A DNA stretch of 63,850 nucleotides, the filler included, from Folioceros fuciformis (Eukaryota): the NCBI GenBank assembly GCA_049999805.1. It is 12 parts of 12 records of this genome, joined end to end, with 100 filler letters (N's around TTAATTAATTAA, not from the genome) between each part and the next. Parts side by side here need not be neighbours in the genome. Positions count along the whole stretch, not along the records: positions 59,468 to 62,135 come from JBNGIO010004906.1; positions 62,236 to 63,850 come from JBNGIO010004912.1; 10 more parts are not named here. One strand, 5' to 3'. The notes under the pieces are model-generated. The model searched no databases. It was given only the letters and a program-made list of their open reading frames with translations, and had not been told where the DNA came from. This document shows, in pieces, positions 59,468 to 63,850 of the stretch (its first letter is position 1; the number at the start of each line of letters is the position of its first letter). A program made the position numbers and the translations under genes.

Positions 59468-62073
59468 AATTAGGCGTGGCCGGGATGGCCTTAAGGCATG
59501 GAGAGAGTGTGCACCGCTTCATCGTAGCGGTTAGGGTTGCGACTCTCTCTAAAGACGTGACTCCTATGAAACGCTCCCAGCGTTTCATACCCTGGCTTTA
59601 TGCCCTAATAATAAATAATTAATTAAGTCTGGTTATTAAATGCATAACCTATTCATGCTTTTTTTCATACTCCCACTTAGCCGGACTTTGTTAATTTTTT
59701 GACTCTTCGTCTTCAGTCTGCAGCTAGGGTTTGCTCCCGCTTAGGGCCGCCGTCATGGATTCCTCCACTGATGGCTAGGTTCAGGTCGCTTGCATGCTGT
59801 TGCTGGTCATCGTGTTGATCCTTCTTGCGTTCCATCGGCGGAATCCCTGCTCCTTATGCATCGAGTTTGCCAGATCACAGAGTGCTGAGTCTGGCTTGGA
59901 GGCAGCGCACGCTCGGTAAGGCGCCTGCAGGGATTTCCTCAACTAGTACAAGATGCGCCTTTTTAGAATGCTCCCAATTGCATGGACCGCTTCTTGTACG
60001 CTGGCTCAGACTTCACAGACGAAGGGCGACTCATCCTGAGGTATGGTGAGCTCTCCACAGGCTTCTGCGATGTTGCTCGCTGCTGCTTTCCTTCCGTTTG
60101 CTGTTCTGACCATCTTCTGCCTTGCGCAGAGCCCTGGTACATGTGCTCCACTAGTGAGGAGAGCAGTTCCCTTGCGTAGACTATATCTTGGGCAGCAGTA
60201 GCTGTAGCAGCGTACTCTGCCTCTGTAGACGATAGAGCAACCACTTGCTGTTTCTTGGAATGCCAAGAAATCACAGTGGAGTCGTATTCATGGGCTCCCA
60301 GTAGCAAGCAATTAGCATAAATGGACCTGCGTGTGTCGGCATCTGCTGCCCAGTCAGCGTCGCAGAAACATGTCAGCAGCAGATCTTTTGGTCATTGTCT
60401 GTACAGCAGGCCAAGTCTCGGCGTGCCCTTCAGGTATCTCATCACCCTCTGTACAACTGCCCAATGTGCTGGTCCATAACATGTTAAGAACTGAGAGGTT
60501 ACTCCCAGTGCGTAGGACAAGTCAGGTCTCGTCCAATTTCTGCAGTAAATTAGTGAGCATACAGCTGACCTGTATGGAAGATTTTCCATTTGCTGCCTCT
60601 CTGTCTCTGTTTTAGGTGCCTGCTCAACACTCAGCTTATCACCAATGGCCATCGGCGTTGCAGCAGGTTTGCAGTCAGACATCCTGTATCGAGCTAACAC
60701 CTGGTTGATGTACTGAGCCTGATGTATGAAGACTGTGTGCTGTTCCATGTCTTGCAAGATTTCTATGCCGAGGAACCATGTGAGCTTCCCCAAGTCAGTC
60801 ATGGAAAACTCAGAGGTGAGTATAGATTTGACCTTGGCCAAAATCTTTGGGCTGCTGGCAATGAGGACAGCATCGTCCACGTATAGAGCCAGAAAGACTA
60901 CTCCGTCTTTCTCCTCCAACTTGTACACATTTGAGTCAGATTTAGATTGCAGAAACCCTGACTGCTTAAGGTACGTGTCGATGCGTTTGTACCAGGCTCG
61001 TGGGGACTGTTTTAGTCCGTAGATTGTCTTAATGAGCCTGCATACCTTTCCTGGCTGCTTGGTGTCTACAAAACCTTCTGGCTGATTCATGAAAATCGTT
61101 TCTTCCAGGGTTCCATTCAAGAAAGCAGTCTTCACGTCCATGTGTTCCATGGCGTAATCTCTTTGTGCTGCAATTGCTAATAATGTGCGAACAGAGGTTG
61201 CCCTGACTACAGGTGAAAAGGTTTCTGTATAATCCAGGCCCTCCACCTGGCTATACCCTCTTGCCACAAGTCGAGCCTTAAACCGCGCTATACTACCATC
61301 AGCAGCAAGCTTCTTTTTAAATACCCACTTGCAGGTTACAGGTTTCCTGCCAGCAGGTAAGTCCACCAGTTCCCACGTCCTATTATCAATCAGAGACTGG
61401 TACTCTGATTCAATTGCAGCAGCCCACTTTGCAGCTTCTGGACCGCTGACTGCTTCTTTGTATGACTGTGGCTCATACAGATTATCTGGTGCACTATAAT
61501 CCTGCACCAGAAACGAACTGTATGAGAGAGGTGGTGTTACCCATTCGTCGGGTGAGGCAGTGTGCTTCCTGCTGCTTCGTCTTGGACCCACAGCTTCTGG
61601 AGCTGATTCCACCTCTACTTCAGATGAAAAACCCTGTTCAGTTTGTGTATCGACAGCCTCCTCATGACTGCCAGTATGGCTGTCACCTGTATCCTCCTCA
61701 TTTGGATTACCAGCAACTATCTCAGCTTGGGTGTCATTAGAAGCTTCTCCATCATCGTCATCCGGAAAAATACTTGCAGGCTGGTTGACTGCAACTGCAG
61801 GTACGTGTGCGTACTGAGTTGTAGTACTTGTGTGCTGGAAGGTCTCCTCACTACTTTCTCTTTCTGATGCCTCACTTGTGGATGCAATCTGTGCAGGGAT
61901 CCGCTCTGGAAGCTCAGGTTGAGGTACGAGCAGAGTCAACTCGTCGAATACCACACTCCGGCAATGAGTTATGCCTCTGGTGAGCGGGTCCATCAATTTG
62001 TACCCCTTGATTCCTTCCGTGTAGCCTACAAACACGTACTTGCGTGCCTTGTAGTCGAGCTTGACTCGCTGAT
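59468..62073 (-). mobile_element. Copia INT end, RT, RNase H (aberrant C-terminus), PPT 59670-59678 and partial 3' LTR
   Basis: HMDVKTAFLNG, YVDD, CDADWA, TEAEY; PPT AAGTGGGAG. Confidence 0.9.
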
Positions 62074-62235
62074 TGTGAACCTCCAAAGTTTGGGGTAGTA
62101 GTTTGTTTTGGTTGAAAAAGGGTTAATAGTGGTATNNNNNNNNNNNNNNNNNNNNNNNNNNNNNNNNNNNNNNNNNNNNTTAATTAATTAANNNNNNNNN
62201 NNNNNNNNNNNNNNNNNNNNNNNNNNNNNNNNNNN

Positions 62236-63128
62236 GCTTCTCATACAGGTCACACAACTTCTGCCATAGCTCGTAACTTGTGGTCTTGTCTTTCACGTTG
62301 AAGTAGACCGACTTCGACAATGTAAGCATGATGGTAGATCTAGCAAGCTCATATAGATCTTGCCACTCATCTTGAGTCATGCTAACGGGTTTCACTCTTA
62401 GCAGCTTGATGAGCTTGATCTGCTTTTTCTGTACTAGAACATTATACACTTATTCTTTCAAGAACATGAAGTTAGTACCATCTAACTTCTTGATATTGAA
62501 CATGACGTTTGCTAAGGATGTCATTTCAAAATCGATGCAAATCCACCAAAAGGCTAGTTAGAAAGCAGTCGAAATGAAATGTAGATTCTGTTACCCTCAC
62601 TTTCGTTCCAAATTAGCTGTCCACAAGCCGCGGGCTGCGGGCGAGGCGCCTGCGCCTAGCCTGCGGCACCTCTGCGCCCGCGACGCCTCTCTGCCTGTGC
62701 GCCCCCAGCTTCGGGCACACTCTGCTGCCTCTCCTAGCTCCCGCTCCGCTCTGTTGCAGCCTCTACCTAGATGCCCATCTTCACGGCCTTGCGCTCCTCG
62801 TCTGCAGCACCTAGAGCCATCACCAACTTGCTCCACACATGCTCTGATACCAGTTGGAGGACCGCTAGAGGAGCTACATGGTGAAGGAGGAGAGGAGAAA
62901 GAGAGGTCACACTCTCACACACAGTCACAATATGCAAGGGAGCTCAAGGGGGTATTTATACCCTCTAGAAGAGCTCCTTAGGAAGCTTCACAAGAAGCGC
63001 ATAGGAAGATGTGCAAGAAGCTTCCTACATATTAGCTTAAGCTAATCTAATCTAATGATACTTAACTAGACACTGATCTTTAGACTAAACACATTAGTCT
63101 AAGCACATTGGGCTTTATTAACCCTATA
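62236..63128 (-). mobile_element. Family B 5' LTR (62855-63128), PBS-Met (62841-62852) and a Tork/Tnt1-like gag N-terminus
   Basis: TGGTATCAGAGC; FNIKKLDGTNF...KP.SMTQDEWQDLYELARSTIMLTLS..VYFNV. Confidence 0.85.
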
Positions 63129-63850
63129 GAGAAGGTGGAGTGTTGAGGTGCATGCGAGGTGTGAATGTGACCTGAGGAGTTGTGCTGTGAGGACGGGGTG
63201 TGGGAGAGAGAAGGCACGAACGTAGACGATGAAAGAGTGGCCAGTGTGCTAAATAACCTTAGTGACTGGGAAGCTGGTGTGGCTGTGTGTAAGACCCGAG
63301 TTGAGCTTAGAGGCTGTAGTTGAGGGGAGAAGGTGACGCGCTGAGAGAGCGTGTGCGTGACTGATATGAGGAGGACTGGGGTGCTGAAGGACATGGGTGA
63401 CGGAAGTGGCTGTGCACTATGAAGAGATGCCTGAGAATTGATGATAGGGCCATGCGTATGTGTGACCGGAGTGTGCGAGGTCTGATCTGAGGTCTCTGTC
63501 GGAAGTGTGTGGGTGTGAGTGTGTGAACCGAGCATTGGCGGCCCTGAGTCGAGGACGATGGGCAGACACGAGTAGATAGAAGGGTGCGGGTTGTGAGGTA
63601 AGCGTGGTCGCAGGTGAGAGGGCGCCGTGGCTGATTGAGTTCGAGAAGTGGACTGCGTGGCCTCGAGGGCCAAGATAGTGTGAAACCACTGAACCTCGTG
63701 TAGGTAAGTGTGATCTGGTGAGGTAAGTTGCCTGGAGTTAGTGAGAGAGAGAGGAGGTAAGGGGGAGAAAGAAGGGAGAGAAAGTAGAGAGAGAGAGAGG
63801 GAGAGAGTGTGGACCCCACTGAGGTAGTCGAAACCGCGACCGTCATAGAG

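Overview
Eukaryotic plant DNA, probably from a seed-free land plant (inferred from compact, GC-rich genes with mostly 55-150 nt introns and from the retroelement types). It is not one locus. Positions 1-26518 are one scaffold with two 100-N gaps. After that, eleven short contigs are joined by an artificial N44-TTAATTAATTAA-N44 linker, so adjacency across linkers is meaningless. The first scaffold holds a young, apparently intact Ty1/copia element (<1-7719, minus strand) inserted in a decayed L1 ORF1, a trihelix/Myb pseudogene fragment, and five densely packed host genes: a 2OG-Fe(II)-dioxygenase-fold protein with a spliced C-terminal ARID-like domain, an NDR1/HIN1-like gene, ERV1, an AWPM-19/PM19L gene and a 5'-truncated ABC1K kinase. 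The other contigs are nested copia, non-chromovirus gypsy and L1 fragments, solo LTRs and a gag-protease-only element. Main finding: the intact copia element carries a five-exon, fully open ANTISENSE gene between pol and the 3' LTR, with four canonical phase-1 introns and a stop codon directly abutting the pol stop. A second, divergent element at 41.0-42.4 kb has a homologous antisense gene in the same position, sharing a 59-aa Cys/His-containing domain and the same intron position. This suggests a conserved accessory-gene system in this copia lineage that I do not recognise. The same lineage also carries an extra sense ORF just upstream of gag. All alignments were done by eye; no database searches were run.
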